DNA of 63,635 nucleotides, filler included, from Chiloscyllium plagiosum (GCF_004010195.1; 5 parts of one record of this genome joined end to end with filler, not necessarily neighbours in it); one strand, 5' to 3'; positions 12,948 to 28,101 are shown, counted from the whole stretch's first letter. Numbers and translations: made by a program. The notes: generated by a model not told the origin, from the sequence alone.

Positions 12948-13239
12948 TAACTCCTCAAGAAGAGTGTGTGTTGAGGTACGGCAATAACCGCATCCCATTG
13001 TAGTTACCTGTAGAGTTCAGTTGGTCCCTCCCTTCTCCCACCCAACTATTCAGTCTAACTGCCCACTCCCTAGCAGACATGCGCTCACTCTCGCGCTCCC
13101 TGTTCCAGGAGTATACAGTGATAGATCAGTCAGCACTACGTTGTACATGCTTACATTGTGTTAAACTGACAACTGTCTGAACGTGAATAATGACGGTGTG
13201 TAAAGGATAATGGACATTTTACTTTTATGCCTCCCACAG

Positions 13240-13307
13240 TGCTGGTGGTTTGTAACCATTACTTGGCATTTCAACACTTTGCAGAAGAATATTATCCCTT
13301 TGCTGAG
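13240..13307 (+). CDS. TEX261: TEX261 exon 4, copy A (LVVCNHYLAFQHFAEEYYPFAE)
   Basis: AG/GT boundaries, 68 nt, in frame. Confidence 0.95.
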
Positions 13308-14647
13308 GTAAGGAACAGCAGTTTATTCAAAGAAAGTCACCTTGGTTTTATAGTGAGCAAACTGTGTTTAAATAATGTATTAGTTGTTATGAGGAGGATA
13401 GATATAGGGGAACCAATAGATTTCCAAAAGGAATTCAATAAGGAAACACCTAACACACGGGCTGTTGGATTTGAACATAATGTATTAAGTTGGTTAGATC
13501 ATTGTACTACCACAGGATGACTGCTGGTTGCTCTGCCATTCAGAGTCCATATTATTTTGTCAAAGACGTCCAGATTAATTTCCTTTGAAATACAAGACTA
13601 GGTGGAAATATGAGGAGGAGGACCCAGTGTTACAATACCAACTCCTAGACAAGACAGATTCCAAAATGAAATCTGCCTGAATAGATCAGATTGTTTTACG
13701 TTTAATGTGGTGGTCATTCACTGTAACACAGGTACCCAGCTGCAGGTTTTCTTTAATGCTAAAATGGTAGTTTATGACACAAAGGGGGGAAAAAATACAA
13801 GAGAAGAGTTTGAAAGATTGTTTAAAAAAAAGGCACAGGGAAATAACGCCTCATGTATTTCTCAACGCCATCACTTTGCAGCAATTCAAATCCAGAGAAT
13901 AATTATAAGAGTGATACAGCATCGAAACAGGACTTTGGCCCACCATGGCTTCGTCAACCAGAAATGGTCCTCTATATCAAATCTTTAAGTTTGATTTAAG
14001 TCCTGTGAAGTCTTCTCACACAAATACTCATGAATCTGAAAGCTTACACATTCTCATGTGTTATTAATTTGCATATTTCTAGCCAAACACCTCTGGTCTG
14101 GAAGTTTCACAAGCTAAACTTTCACACCAGTATAACTATGCTTTCCCTATGCTTCTTTATAGGAAACTGTCGTTAACGCTTGAGTCCTGTCATGTTTCCT
14201 TCAAAACTGCCCTCAAAGCTCTCAATTTCTGGGTTTTCTAAACTAAAGCCAATCTTTGATTATTCTAAATCAAAAGTAACCTAATACCTTTGATGTTTAG
14301 TCTATCATAAACATCTCAATATAAATGCTAGAGGCTTGCTCTCTGAGACATACTGGAATTAGGTCAGTGTTCCAGAAAGGATTCTTTCATCTTGTGTACT
14401 TTTAAAACTCTTCTCGAAATGACCCAGCACCCATATGCCACTAGTTTGAAATCCATCTCCAAAAATGGTATTAGTATACCGAGACAAATCACACTTTTGT
14501 CAGGACAGGCCACTAAGCGAAAGGCTGAATGCATGAGTGCGTAACAAGGGGCCAATAGAGTTTAATTCGGGGAAGTCTGAGGTTATTCATTTTGTTTGGA
14601 AGGCTTCTCTTGTTTGATTATGGACTCACCTGTTTGGTTACCAGTGA

Positions 14648-14788
<141 letters not shown>

Positions 14789-15189
14789 TGAGACACACCC
14801 AAGTTCCTGAACGATTTCTGCTGTATTGCTAGTTAGTGGATTGGTTTATGAGCTAAATGGTTAACATTGTTGGTTTGTGGGTTGAGCGATCATATGTTTA
14901 ATCGTTCACAGCCTGTGGGTGTCTTAGGCTGGGCCAGCATTTATTGCCCATCTCTAATGCCCTTGAGAAGGTGGGGGTGAGTTGTGTTCCTGAATTGTCC
15001 ATGGGGATTGGATACAGTGTGTTTTTAGGGAGGGAATGCCAAGATTTTGATCTAGTGACAGTAAAGAAAGGGCGATATATTTCCAAATCAGGATGGCGAG
15101 TGGCTTGGAAGGGAAGTTGGAGGGGGTGGTGTCTCCACATGTCTGTTGCTTTTTCCTTCTAGCTGGAAGTGGTCATGGGTTTGGAAGTT

Positions 15190-15380
15190 AAAAACGAAAA
15201 GAACCGCCGATCCTGGAAAGCAGAAACAAAAACAGAAATTGCTAGAAGCGCTCAGCAGGTCTGGCAGCATCTGTGGGGAGAAATCAGTTAATGTTTTGGG
15301 TCCAGTGATCCTTCCTCAGAACTGATAGTAGCTAGGAAAATGCTGGTTTAATTGCAAAAGATAGGGTGGGGGGGGGAGGA
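15190..15380 (-). mobile_element. Penelope pLTR fragment with decayed hammerhead motif at 15285-15324 (duplicated at +6479)
   Basis: Minus strand reads CAGTT-CTGAGGA-AGGATC-ACTG-GACCC-AAAAC-ATT-AACTG. Confidence 0.65.
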
Positions 15381-15618
15381 GTGATAAATAAATGATTAGA
15401 ATTAGAAACGCTGCAGTGTGGAAATAGGCCCTTCGGCCCAACAAGTCCACACCGATCCTCCGAAGAGTAACCCACCCTGACCCAATCCCCTACCCTATTA
15501 TCCTATATTTACCCCAGACTAATGCACCTAACCTGCATATCCCTTAGTACGTGGGGAAATTTAGCATGGCCAATCCACCTAACCTGCACATCTTTGGACT
15601 GTGGGAGGACACCAGAGC

Positions 15619-15980
15619 ATTAGTTTGGGATTGATACAGGGCTATGGGGAGAGAGTGGGGCAGTGGGATTAGTTTGGGATTGATACAGGGCTATGGGGAG
15701 AGAGTGGGGCAGTGGGATTAGTTTGGGATTGATACAGGGCTATGGGGAGAGAGTGGGGCAGTGGGATTAGTTTGGAATTGATACAGGGATATGGGGAGAG
15801 TGCCATTAGTTTGGGATTGATACAGGGCTATGGGGAGAGAGTGGGGCAGTGGGATTAGTTTGGGATTGATACAGGGTTATGGGGAGAGAGTGGGGCAGTT
15901 GGATTAGTTTGGGATTGATGCAGGGTTATGGGGAGTGAGTGGGACAGTGGGATTAGTTTAGGATTGATACAGGATTATGG
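15619..15980. repeat. 49-bp G-rich minisatellite, copy 2 (about 7 units), at the duplication junction
   Basis: Same unit as 9372-9500; abuts a truncated HE1 SINE (15395-15618). Confidence 0.9.
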
Positions 15981-17698
15981 GTCGAATTGACAGTGTGGGG
16001 TGTCCAAATAATGGTGTAAAGATTGTGCAGAGTCTGATTGGGTAAATATTGATCAAAAGAACATTACAGCATAGGAACAGGCCCTTTGACCCTCCAAGCC
16101 TCCGCTGATCCAGATCCTCAGTTGCCTCTCTTCTTAGGATCTGTATCCCTCTGCTCCCTGCCCATTCATGTATCTGTCTAGATACAGCTTAAATGACGCT
16201 ATCATGTCCGCCTTTACTATCTCCGCTGGTAACATGTTCCAGGCACCCACCATCCTCTGTGTGAAGAACTTTCCACGCATATCACCCTTAAACTTTTAAC
16301 CTCTCACCTTGAACTCATGATCCCTCCAAATTGAGCTCTCCACTCTTGCGATCCATCCTGTCTATACCTCTCATGATTTTCTAAGCTTCAGTCAGGTCCC
16401 CCCTCAACCGTCTTCTTTCCAATGAAAATACCCAAATCTACTGAACCTCCCCTCATAGCTAGCAGCCTCCATAGCAGGCAACATCCTGGTGAACCTCCTC
16501 TGCACCCTCCCCACAGCATCCACATCCTTTTGGTAATGTGGTGACCAGAACTGTACACAGTATTCCAAATGTGGTCGAACCAAAGTCTTGTGCAACTGTA
16601 GCACGACTTGCCAACTCTTGTACTCAGTACCCCATCCGATGAAGGAAAGCATGCTGTATGCCTGCTTGACCACTCTACTGACCTGCGTTGCTACCTTCAG
16701 GAAACAATTGACCTGAACACCCAGATCAATTTTCCCCAGGACCTTTCCATTTACTGTATAGATCACTCTTGAATTGATTTTCCAAATGCATCAGCTCACA
16801 TTTATTCGGATTGAACTCCATCTGCCAATTCTCTGCCCAACTCTCCAACCTATCTATATTCTGCTGCATTCTTTGACAGTCCCCTTCACGATCTGCTATT
16901 CCATAATGTTAGTGTCATCTGCAAACCTGCTAATGAGGCAACCTGCACCTTCCTCCAGATCATTTATGTATATCACAAACAGTGATCCCAGCGCAGATCC
17001 CTGTGGGACACCATTGGGCACAGGTCTCCATTTTGAGAAACTCCCTTCCACTACTACTCTCTGTCTCTTGTTGCCCAGCCTGGTCTCTATCCATCGCTGT
17101 CAGGCAGCAGTGCTAACCACTGAGCCACCATGCCGCCCACAATGAGACATTACCAATTCTCCCATCCTCTGGGACCTCAGTGTCCAAGGATGCTGATAAG
17201 ATATCTGTTAAAGCCCCAGCTATTTTGTCTCTCGCTTCCCTAAGTAACCTGGGATAGTTCCTATCCAGACCTAGGGAATTGTTCACCTTAATGCCCTTTA
17301 CAATACCCAACACTATCTCCCTCCTTATGTCAATTTGACATAAAATTCTTCCATTTTAATTTGAAGCGAGCAAAATTGGAAACCAATATAAGAGAGTGAG
17401 TGATAACTCTGACCTGGAAATCAAAGCCTCAGTACTGTGAGAGTGTGACACATTATCATGGGGTGTTGATGTGAACAGTATTGCCCCATTCCCTCAGAAC
17501 CCAGATAAACACTGGGGGAGAGGGTGGTGGAGGGAAAGGACGAGATGGATATCATAACAGGGTAAGATAATGAGAGCTCGGAGTATCATTTGGACTGAAT
17601 GGTCTGTTCCTGAGCTATAATTTATGTGGAATGTGCTTAAATTAAAGGCATGTTATTTTATCAACAGCATGGTCTTCGAGATACCTGTCCTATTTTAG

Positions 17699-17995
<297 letters not shown>

Positions 17996-19177
17996 TAAGC
18001 CCATTCAGCCCATCGGGCCTGCTTCCCAATGACTGTGGTTTTGTTTGTGTTATGTTATGTGGCCCAGTAATTCAGACACTGAGTTCAGGTTTCATCAAAG
18101 TTGCTTGCAAACTGGGATTTGTATTGATGAATAATTTGTGGCTCTCTGCAATCAGTAAAAAAACAAGTTTCTCTCTGTTCTTGTGAAGCTTGTCATTGTT
18201 GAGAATGGTCCAACCATCGCAGTACCTCTCAGAGTGTAGTAGTTTTCAAATGGAGCCTGATTAAACTCCAATTGCATTTTTTTTTTTTGGAAATTCATTG
18301 ATGGGATGACTGGCTAGGCCAACGTTTATTGCACATCCCAGAGGATAGGTAAGAGTCACAAACAATGGTCTGGAGTCACATGTAGGTCAGACCTGTGAAG
18401 GATGGCAGATTTCCTTCCCTGAAGGAGATGAGTGAACCCGATGGGGCTTTGAAAGCAACTGATGATTGTTTCACAGTCACCATTTCTGAGAGTTGCTTTC
18501 AGTCCCAGGGTTTGGTGAATTGAGTTAAGATTCCACTAGCTACCGTGATGGGTTTGAACCCCCCTGTCCCACTGATGTTACTGTCTCTACCACATGCAGC
18601 CTCTCCCCAATCTGCTGCCCTACAATTAATCTCCAAGTTTGGCTCTGCCCAGCAGCACTGTCCCAAGGCTGCAACATGCCTGTTTCTCCCTCGACCAAGT
18701 GTTTGGATTTATTAACCCCCACCGGAGTACTGTGAGCAGTTCTGGTGACCATATTATAAAATAGATACGGAAGTATAGGAGACGCTAGACTAATTTACAC
18801 AATGATGTCAGAACAGCGCTTGTAACTGTCGGGGGGCAATGAGGGTGAAGAAATTCTCTGGTAAAATGAAGACTGAAGCTGACCTGAGAGGGGCTGTCAC
18901 AAGAGAGATGTTTCTGATTGTGAGGAGACCAGCATCAATGGCCATTGAGCTATGAGAGTGATTAATGAATCCAGTGGAAAAGCTAGGAGAAATATCTTTG
19001 CCCCAAGAGTGATAAGTATGTGGAACTCACTGTCACAGGGAGTTGCAGGCATGATGGAGAAAGGAATAACTGATTAGTCAATACGGACAGGGGTGATAGG
19101 CGTGGGACACAAAGAATGATCTGTTTCTGGGTTGCAGACTGCATTGTGATGCTGAGATTTTTCACGTTGAAGGATAA

Positions 19178-19426
<249 letters not shown>

Positions 19427-19718
19427 TAACTCCTCAAGAAGAGTGTGTGTTGAGGTACGGCAATAACCGCATCCCATTGTAGTTACCTGTAGAGTTCAGT
19501 TGGTCCCTCCCTTCTCCCACCCAACTATTCAGTCTAACTGCCCACTCCCTAGCAGACATGCGCTCACTCTCGCGCTCCCTGTTCCAGGAGTATACAGTGA
19601 TAGATCAGTCAGCACTACGTTGTACATGCTTACATTGTGTTAAACTGACAACTGTCTGAACGTGAATAATGACGGTGTGTAAAGGATAATGGACATTTTA
19701 CTTTTATGCCTCCCACAG

Positions 19719-19786
19719 TGCTGGTGGTTTGTAACCATTACTTGGCATTTCAACACTTTGCAGAAGAATATTATCCCTTTGCTGAG
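19719..19786 (+). CDS. TEX261: TEX261 exon 4, copy B
   Basis: Identical to 13240-13307. Confidence 0.85.
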
Positions 19787-21126
19787 GTAAGGAACAGCAG
19801 TTTATTCAAAGAAAGTCACCTTGGTTTTATAGTGAGCAAACTGTGTTTAAATAATGTATTAGTTGTTATGAGGAGGATAGATATAGGGGAACCAATAGAT
19901 TTCCAAAAGGAATTCAATAAGGAAACACCTAACACACGGGCTGTTGGATTTGAACATAATGTATTAAGTTGGTTAGATCATTGTACTACCACAGGATGAC
20001 TGCTGGTTGCTCTGCCATTCAGAGTCCATATTATTTTGTCAAAGACGTCCAGATTAATTTCCTTTGAAATACAAGACTAGGTGGAAATATGAGGAGGAGG
20101 ACCCAGTGTTACAATACCAACTCCTAGACAAGACAGATTCCAAAATGAAATCTGCCTGAATAGATCAGATTGTTTTACGTTTAATGTGGTGGTCATTCAC
20201 TGTAACACAGGTACCCAGCTGCAGGTTTTCTTTAATGCTAAAATGGTAGTTTATGACACAAAGGGGGGAAAAAATACAAGAGAAGAGTTTGAAAGATTGT
20301 TTAAAAAAAAGGCACAGGGAAATAACGCCTCATGTATTTCTCAACGCCATCACTTTGCAGCAATTCAAATCCAGAGAATAATTATAAGAGTGATACAGCA
20401 TCGAAACAGGACTTTGGCCCACCATGGCTTCGTCAACCAGAAATGGTCCTCTATATCAAATCTTTAAGTTTGATTTAAGTCCTGTGAAGTCTTCTCACAC
20501 AAATACTCATGAATCTGAAAGCTTACACATTCTCATGTGTTATTAATTTGCATATTTCTAGCCAAACACCTCTGGTCTGGAAGTTTCACAAGCTAAACTT
20601 TCACACCAGTATAACTATGCTTTCCCTATGCTTCTTTATAGGAAACTGTCGTTAACGCTTGAGTCCTGTCATGTTTCCTTCAAAACTGCCCTCAAAGCTC
20701 TCAATTTCTGGGTTTTCTAAACTAAAGCCAATCTTTGATTATTCTAAATCAAAAGTAACCTAATACCTTTGATGTTTAGTCTATCATAAACATCTCAATA
20801 TAAATGCTAGAGGCTTGCTCTCTGAGACATACTGGAATTAGGTCAGTGTTCCAGAAAGGATTCTTTCATCTTGTGTACTTTTAAAACTCTTCTCGAAATG
20901 ACCCAGCACCCATATGCCACTAGTTTGAAATCCGTCTCCAAAAATGGTATTAGTATACCGAGACAAATCACACTTTTGTCAGGACAGGCCACTAAGCGAA
21001 AGGCTGAATGCATGAGTGCGTAACAAGGGGCCAATAGAGTTTAATTCGGGGAAGTCTGAGGTTATTCATTTTGTTTGGAAGGCTTCTCTTGTTTGATTAT
21101 GGACTCACCTGTTTGGTTACCAGTGA

Positions 21127-21267
<141 letters not shown>

Positions 21268-21873
21268 TGAGACACACCCAAGTTCCTGAACGATTTCTGC
21301 TGTATTGCTAGTTAGTGGATTGGTTTATGAGCTAAATGGTTAACATTGTTGGTTTGTGGGTTGAGCGATCATATGTTTAATCGTTCACAGCCTGTGGGTG
21401 TCTTAGGCTGAGCCAGCATTTATTGCCCATCTCTAATGCCCTTGAGAAGGTGGGGGTGAGTTGTGTTCCTGAATTGTCCATGGGGATTGGATACAGTGTG
21501 TTTTTAGGGAGGGAATGCCAAGATTTTGATCTAGTGACAGTAAAGAAAGGGCGATATATTTCCAAATCAGGATGGCGAGTGGCTTGGAAGGGAAGTTGGA
21601 GGGGGTGGTGTCTCCACATGTCTGTTGCTTTTTCCTTCTAGCTGGAAGTGGTCATGGGTTTGGAAGTTAAAAACGAAAAGAACCGCCGATCCTGGAAAGC
21701 AGAAACAAAAACAGAAATTGCTAGAAGCGCTCAGCAGGTCTGGCAGCATCTGTGGGGAGAAATCAGTTAATGCTTTGGGTCCAGTGATCCTTCCTCAGAA
21801 CTGATAGTAGCTAGGAAAATGCTGGTTTAATTGCAAAAGATAGGGTGGGGGGGGGAGGAGTGATAAATAAATG

Positions 21874-22231
21874 ATTAGAATTAGAAACGCTGCAGTGTGG
21901 AAATAGGCCCTTCGGCCCAACAAGTCCACACCGATCCTCCGAAGAGTAATCCACCCTGACCCAATCCCCTACCCTATTATCCTATATTTACCCCAGACTA
22001 ATGCACCTAACCTGCATATCCCTTAGTACGTGGGGAAATTTAGCATGGCCAATCCACCTAACCTGCACATCTTTGGACTGTGGGAGGACACCAGAGCAGC
22101 CCGAGGAAACCCACGCAGACACGGGGAGAATGTGCAAACTCCACACAGACAGTCATCCGAGGCTGGAATCGAACCCAGGTCCCTGGTACTGTGAGGCAGC
22201 AGTGCTAACCACTGAGCCACCGTGCTGCCCA
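21874..22231 (-). mobile_element. HE1-type tRNA-derived SINE
   Basis: Minus strand GGGCAGCACGGTGGCTCAGTGGTTAGCACTGCTGCCTCAC (A box), GGGTTCGATTCC (B box), LINE-like tail. Confidence 0.9.
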
Positions 22232-22644
22232 CATGGGCGCGGATAGAGCCCAAACAGAGAGAACAGTTGGACAGACAAAGGAGTGGATAACGATCTGGCT
22301 GGGAGAGCCAATAGCTGTGAATGGAGACTGACAATAGGTAGTGTGTATTGGCAGACTGTATGGTAACAAGGCCTGGTGTCTGAGGATGGGGGAGCTGGGA
22401 CAGACTTGATATTAACTCCAGGAGGCTGCAGGGTCCCCAAGTAGAAAATGAGGTTTAGATCTTCCAGCTTGAGCTGAGCTTCAGTGCAGCAAGCCTCAGA
22501 CAGAGATATTGGCTACCGCTTTGTCGGTCCAACTGTTCCTCGTGTCTGTTTGGACTACATCTGGAGTAACGTGTAATATTGACATCTGGATGGTTTCATG
22601 ACTAGAGTCATAGAGATGCACAGCACAGAAACAGACCCTGCAGT

Positions 22645-22917
22645 CTAACCCGTCCATGGATGTCTTGAAACGGTTAAAGGTGGATAAATTCCCAGGACCT
22701 GATCAGGTGTACCCAAAACTCTGTGGGAAGCTAGAGAAGTGATTGCTGGGCCTCTTGCTGAGATATTTGTATCATCGATAGTCACAGGTGAGGTGCCGGA
22801 AGACTGGAGGTTGGCAAACGTGGTGCCACTGTTTAAGAAGGGTGGTAAGGACAAGCCAGGGAACTATAGACCAGTGAGCCTGACCTCGGTGGTGGGCAAG
22901 TTGTTGGAGGGAATCCT
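22645..22917 (+). mobile_element. CR1 ORF2 fragment (start of RT)
   Basis: VPEDWRLANVVPLFKKGGKDKPGNYRPVSLTS. Confidence 0.92.
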
Positions 22918-23017
22918 NNNNNNNNNNNNNNNNNNNNNNNNNNNNNNNNNNNNNNNNNNNNTTAATTAATTAANNNNNNNNNNNNNNNNNNNNNNNNNNN
23001 NNNNNNNNNNNNNNNNN
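22918..23017. other. Artificial scaffold spacer N44-TTAATTAATTAA-N44 (also 39025-39124, 53875-53974, 62092-62191)
   Basis: The same 100-base layout occurs four times; the 12-mer puts stops in all six frames. Confidence 0.95.
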
Positions 23018-23150
23018 ATTCTTGATGAAGGGCTTTTGCCCGAAACGTCGATTTCGCTGCTCCTTGGATGCTGCCTGAACTGCTGTGCTCTTCCAGCACC
23101 ACTAATCCAGAATCTGGTTTCCAGCATCTGTAGTCATTGTTTTTAACCTA
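23018..23150 (+). mobile_element. Penelope pLTR fragment with hammerhead motif (C3 mutated)
   Basis: attc-TTGATGA-A-GGGC-TTTT-GCCC-GAAAC-GTC-gatt followed by the shared ...ggatgctgcctgaactgctgtgctcttccagcacc tail. Confidence 0.75.
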
Positions 23151-24246
23151 CTTACAAAGGGTTCTATCTGTACCCCTAATTATAGATCCTCCTACCACTA
23201 CTTTTCTCTTTACCCAACCCCCCACCCCCACAAGCTTGTATGGCATTCTGTACCATTTGCAGTGGCCAGTTTGCCCACCCTCCCTAGAGTCCTTTCCCTC
23301 ATCCACTGGGAGCAAGCACCTCATAACTACTGGACAAAGTTCAAGAGGTGAAGTTCCTCCAATGCTAAATTCAGGATCCCTCTACCTGTATCGTTGGTAG
23401 TCACACTCTCCTGTCCATGACCACTGGTCAAATTTCAAGTACTTAACTTACAGGGTGAGACTGTCTCCTGTAATACAGCATTCAGGTAACTCTTCCCTTT
23501 CTTGATGTGTCCATGTTCGAAGTTCAGATTCTAGCTGATCAACTCTGAACTCTCAGCAACACAATTTAAACTCAGAATACAGTGTAATGCTAAGTACAAA
23601 CTAAATTAAGTCTGACTAAAGATCTAGACTTCTCCTTGCAGCAAACACACACATTCAAGCTGCTGCAGTCCAACAATGACATGGATAACTCTGAGCTGGA
23701 GTTGCCACATGTGGTGATCACTATGAACCACAATGGAATCCACCAACTCCTACATCACACAGACACAACACATTACCTGACCCTGCACCTCACATTTAAT
23801 TAGATTTTAATTATTTAAAAACCCTACTGGTCTTTAGTATTTTTAAACTATATTTCTGTCCAGCATCTCCCACATACTGCAGCAGCAGCACATTGCCTCA
23901 CATGCCACATCTATATTAATTTATATATTAATCACTAACACTGATTTTAGTAACTTTACCCTGTATTGTCAATATTTTTACACCAGATCAATTTTATATC
24001 TGAAGCTTTTTTAATATAAAAAATGAAACAAGAGATCCAAACACAAACTGAAAACCTTAATTTTACCTTAAAGATTAAAATATTTACTAGGATGACGAGT
24101 GAATGGATCACTGGCTCATTGTAGTTTCTCTGTAGCTAGACTGCATTTAGATGTAATATGCAGTAACTCGTATTTAAAAATGGATTAATGGGATGTGGGT
24201 ACTGCTGGTTGGGTCAGCATAGGTTGACCCTCCCTAGCTGCCCTTG

Positions 24247-24562
24247 GGGCAGCATGATGGCTCAGTGGTTAGCACTGCTGCTTCACAGCCAGGGACCGGG
24301 ATTCGATTCCTGCCTCGGGCGACTGCCTGCCTGGAGTTTGCACGTTCTCTCAGTGTCTGCATGGGTTTTGGCTTCCTCCCACAATCCAAAGACGTGCAGG
24401 TCAGGTGAATTGGCCATGATAAATTGCCCATAGGGTTAGGTGCACGAGTTGGGGTAAATGTAGGGGACTGGGTCTGGGTGGATTACTCTTCGGAGGGTTG
24501 GCTTGGACTTGTTGGGCCGAAGGGTCTGTTTCCATACTGTAGGGAATCTAATCTAATCTAAT
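24247..24562 (+). mobile_element. HE1-type SINE
   Basis: tggctcagtggttagcactgctgc A box, gattcgattcc B box, (aatct)n tail. Confidence 0.9.
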
Positions 24563-25651
24563 CAAAAGGTAGTAGTGAGCTGCCTTCTTGAACTGCTGCA
24601 GTCCATATGGCATAGGTAGATCCACAACCCTGGATGAATATTTTTTTAAAAATCCATTGCTTAGGCTGACGCCAGGTGGTCTTACTGGTTATATTCCTTT
24701 TTTAAGACTTTATAGTGATTTGGTACAACTGAGAGGCTTGCTAGGGTATTTCAGAGGGGAGTTAACAGTCAAGCATATTGCTATGGGTCTAAAGTCACAT
24801 TTAAAGATGGAAGATTTTCTTCCCTAATGGGTATTAATGAATGAAATGTGTTTTTACAACAATGATTACATGGTCATCATTATGCTAAGTTTTAAATCCA
24901 AATTTTTATTGAATTCAAAATTTCACCATCTGTCATTGTAGGATTTGAACCGAGGTCTTGGAATCTGGATTAGGGTCTATAACATTTAAACCAGGTTACT
25001 GTTCACGTGAAAACCTTTCAATCATAATCACCATTTCCAAATGACAGGCAATACAAATTTAAGTTTGTTATCACTCTGCAAATTTCATCCTAAGGAGCAG
25101 TGCACCCTCTCAGCTGCATGATCACATCACACTCCAAGGATTCATGCAGTGATCACTGTGCCAATGCATTCATTTCCAGTTTTTCAAAATGTCAAGTGAA
25201 GTAAAAGGCATTTAAGACCAAATGAAGGCCATACAACCTCTTGATCCTGCTCTCTACAGTAGGATCTCTACAAGCACAGATCCTCAGTAAACTCCAATCT
25301 TCCACATAACTGCCATATCCTTTGAGGACTGAAAAAATTGATTACAACCTTGAATATACTCAATTACAGAGTATCATTGCCTCTCAAATACAGCATCCTC
25401 ATGAGTCCTAATGGATTACGTCCTGAGATTACACCCCTCTCTAACCCACAAGCTGATGAGCACATAAGGGAGAAAGGAAAAACAAAATGTTTCCAGGACT
25501 GCATGATGAATACTGTCGTGGGATGAAGTTAGAGTAGATCAGTTGGAGTAATCGGCCTGTGTTTTTGCTGCAAAATTCGATGTAATACACAATACAAGGA
25601 CCTCACCACACTAAAGGAGACAATTTAACCCAGTTGACCAAAAACTGGAAC

Positions 25652-25657
25652 TTTATT
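25652..25657 (-). terminator. Polyadenylation signal AATAAA of CCT7
   Basis: tttatt on the + strand, ~220 nt downstream of the CCT7 stop. Confidence 0.65.
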
Positions 25658-25878
25658 TTCTCCAGACATTTCTGTCCACAACTAAAAATGAAAACAATAA
25701 ATAGAGCTGCTGTTCCCGGGGTCTGACTCTACAGTAATAACATGAAGAAGCTGCTTGCAGTGAGTACCTGAGTCCAGCAACAATATGGTGTTAGGCCATA
25801 GTGCCAGCTGGACTCCGCAGCTTCTTGGTTGTTATTGTTATCAGGTCAGAACAAGCAGAAACCACTTGCCAGGTTGCC

Positions 25879-26103
25879 TCAGTGCGCATGTGGCCTGCCT
25901 CTGCCCCGGCCCTTTGGCATGGCTGATGAGTCCACAGTGGAGCGTGGATTTTTGATGGTCTCATCAACAGACAGGATCAAGCAGGCTGCCTCTGAGGCAG
26001 CGGTGAGGGCATTGATACGCACTACAGCAGGCTCCCAAACACAGGACTCAAAATTATCGGCAATATCTTCATTGTTCACATCAACTCCGTACCACATTCC
26101 ACC
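25879..26103 (-). CDS. CCT7: CCT7 exon 12 ([18 protein letters not shown]...[10 protein letters not shown])
   Basis: Acceptor tttacAG; TGA stop at 25879-25881; CCT-eta C-terminus. Confidence 0.97.
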   Translation of the reverse strand, partial: GGMWYGVDVNNEDIADNFESCVWEPAVVRINALTAASEAACLILSVDETIKNPRSTVDSSAMPKGRGRGRPHAH

Positions 26104-26612
26104 CTGTAAACAGAAGAGGTTATCAGGTAACGCTCGTGAAACCATCACCCCGTTCTCAAACGTCTGTTTCACTCAGGGCAGTGAATGCACTGTGCATCAA
26201 AATTCACTACAACATGACCTGTTCACCCCAGCCCAATATAGAGCACCAATTCCACCCAGATACCCACCCTCCTCTCCCCAATATTAACACTCAAAGCCTC
26301 ACACAACCCACCAAGAGTTCTGCTCCCCAATAACTTTCTTTCAGCCCAGGGAAAGCTCCACCCACATAAACTGATGAAGCTCAATAATCATTCTGGTGTC
26401 TATATAGCAGGGTGGCACTGTTTCTGATCATAATCCAGCAACCCCTAGGGAGAGGAAAAGGAAACCCTGGGATTGGTAAAACCTGATCAAGCAGGAATGC
26501 TAAGAATCAATGTGAGAGAGAGGCGGAGAGCGAGACAGAAAGATTTTGTTTTAGGCTAGACTGTCAGACCTTTCTACAGAGTTGAGGGAGTGCCCAGACA
26601 GCCTTCCCTTAC

Positions 26613-26819
26613 CTGAGCATGTTTGGCACGCAGCTTGTTGAGGATGTTTGTGGCATCAAAACCAGCATTGTCACACAGTTGTCGGGGAATCACCTCAAGG
26701 GCCTTGGCATATGCCCCAATCAGCAGCTGCTGTTTGCCGGGGATGGTTCTCGAATAATCTCGGAGGTGCCTAGAGATTTCCATCTCAATAGCACCTCCCC
26801 CGGCAACAACAGAGTCATT
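26613..26819 (-). CDS. CCT7: CCT7 exon 11 ([14 protein letters not shown]...RAKHAQ)
   Basis: 207 nt, AG/GT boundaries, chaperonin GGG motif. Confidence 0.97.
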
Positions 26820-27819
26820 CTGCAGATACACAAATATAAATGTTCAGACATTTGAATATCATGCACTTGCAATTTGCAAGTCACAGTAACATAATGATAA
26901 ACAAGACAGGCCAATAAAATACATTAAAAGATGGGCCCAGACCTCATCGTTGTCATATTAATCAAAAAACAAACATACTGCTGTTTAAGGTTGCTACTGT
27001 GTCACAAATACACAAAGAACATGAGATGAAGACCACACAGCCCCTACAGCCCACTCTGCCATGAAATACAGTAATAGCTGATGTTCTAGGTCAACTAAAG
27101 TGACAAACTTTATTTGAAAAACAGGGGCAATTGTCACAATATTACAATTATTAAAGGAAATACAGTAGCAGTGACCTTGGACTTAGTGTGCACATATCGT
27201 TGAAGGTGATATTTTGATACATGGATGCAAGTGGTTAAAAAGGCATACAAGATTCTGGGCTTTATAAGATTAAAATACAATAGCGAGCAAGTAATGACAA
27301 ACCTCACAGTCAACTAAAATTGTGTCACTAATTTGGGGCACAATGCTTTCAAAAGAATACAAAGGCCTGAGAGAAGGCACAGAAAAGGCTTACAAGGAAG
27401 ACCGCAGGGATGAGCTACCTCCACAGAAAGGCTTACAAGGAAGACCGCAGGGATGAGCTACCTCTGTCAATCAGGCAGATTAAAGAAGCGTTACTCTCTT
27501 TAGAATAACGTTGAGAAGCTGTTAAAAGTGATCAACATCATGAGGGATCTAGACAGAGCAGGTAGAAACAGTGCCAGTACTGGGAGCATTAATGACTAGG
27601 GGACACTAACTTCAGGTGAATGGCAAAAATTAAAACTATGAGGAAAAAATGCTATACAGCAAGTGGTTAGGGTGGAATTTATTGACTGCGAATATGGTGA
27701 GAACAGATACAAGTGAGGGTAACAAAAGGGGTTTGGAAAAGAGCCTGAAGTGAAAATATTCGCAGGGGATAAAACTTGCTGAGTTTGCAGAGAGGCAGTC
27801 GACCCTTCAAAGTCCCTCC

Positions 27820-28101
27820 TAGCAGAAGGATGTTATGAAACTTGGAAGGGTTCAGAAAATATTTACAAGGACGTTGCCAGGAATGCAGGATTAGAGCTAC
27901 AGGCGGAATAGACTGGGGCTGTTTTCCCTGGTGCATCGGACGCTGAGGAGGTGACATTATAAAGGTTTATAAAATCAAGAGGGCATGGATAGGTCTTTTT
28001 CATAGGCATGAAATAGACACGGTCTTTGTCCTGAGGTGGGGGAGTCCAGAACTAGAGGAGAGGGGTTTAGGGTGAGAGGGGAAAAATTTAAAAGGGACCT
28101 A
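27820..28101 (+). mobile_element. CR1 3' fragment truncated by the 26-bp array
   Basis: Similar to 90-355; stops at aaagggaccta where the array begins. Confidence 0.8.

Noticed and set aside
22160..22231. tRNA-like A/B box sequences here and in other SINE heads
   Set aside because: Heads of HE1-type SINEs, not complete tRNA genes.
27381..27465. ~43-bp tandem duplication
   Set aside because: Local slippage inside an old CR1 fragment; no functional signal.
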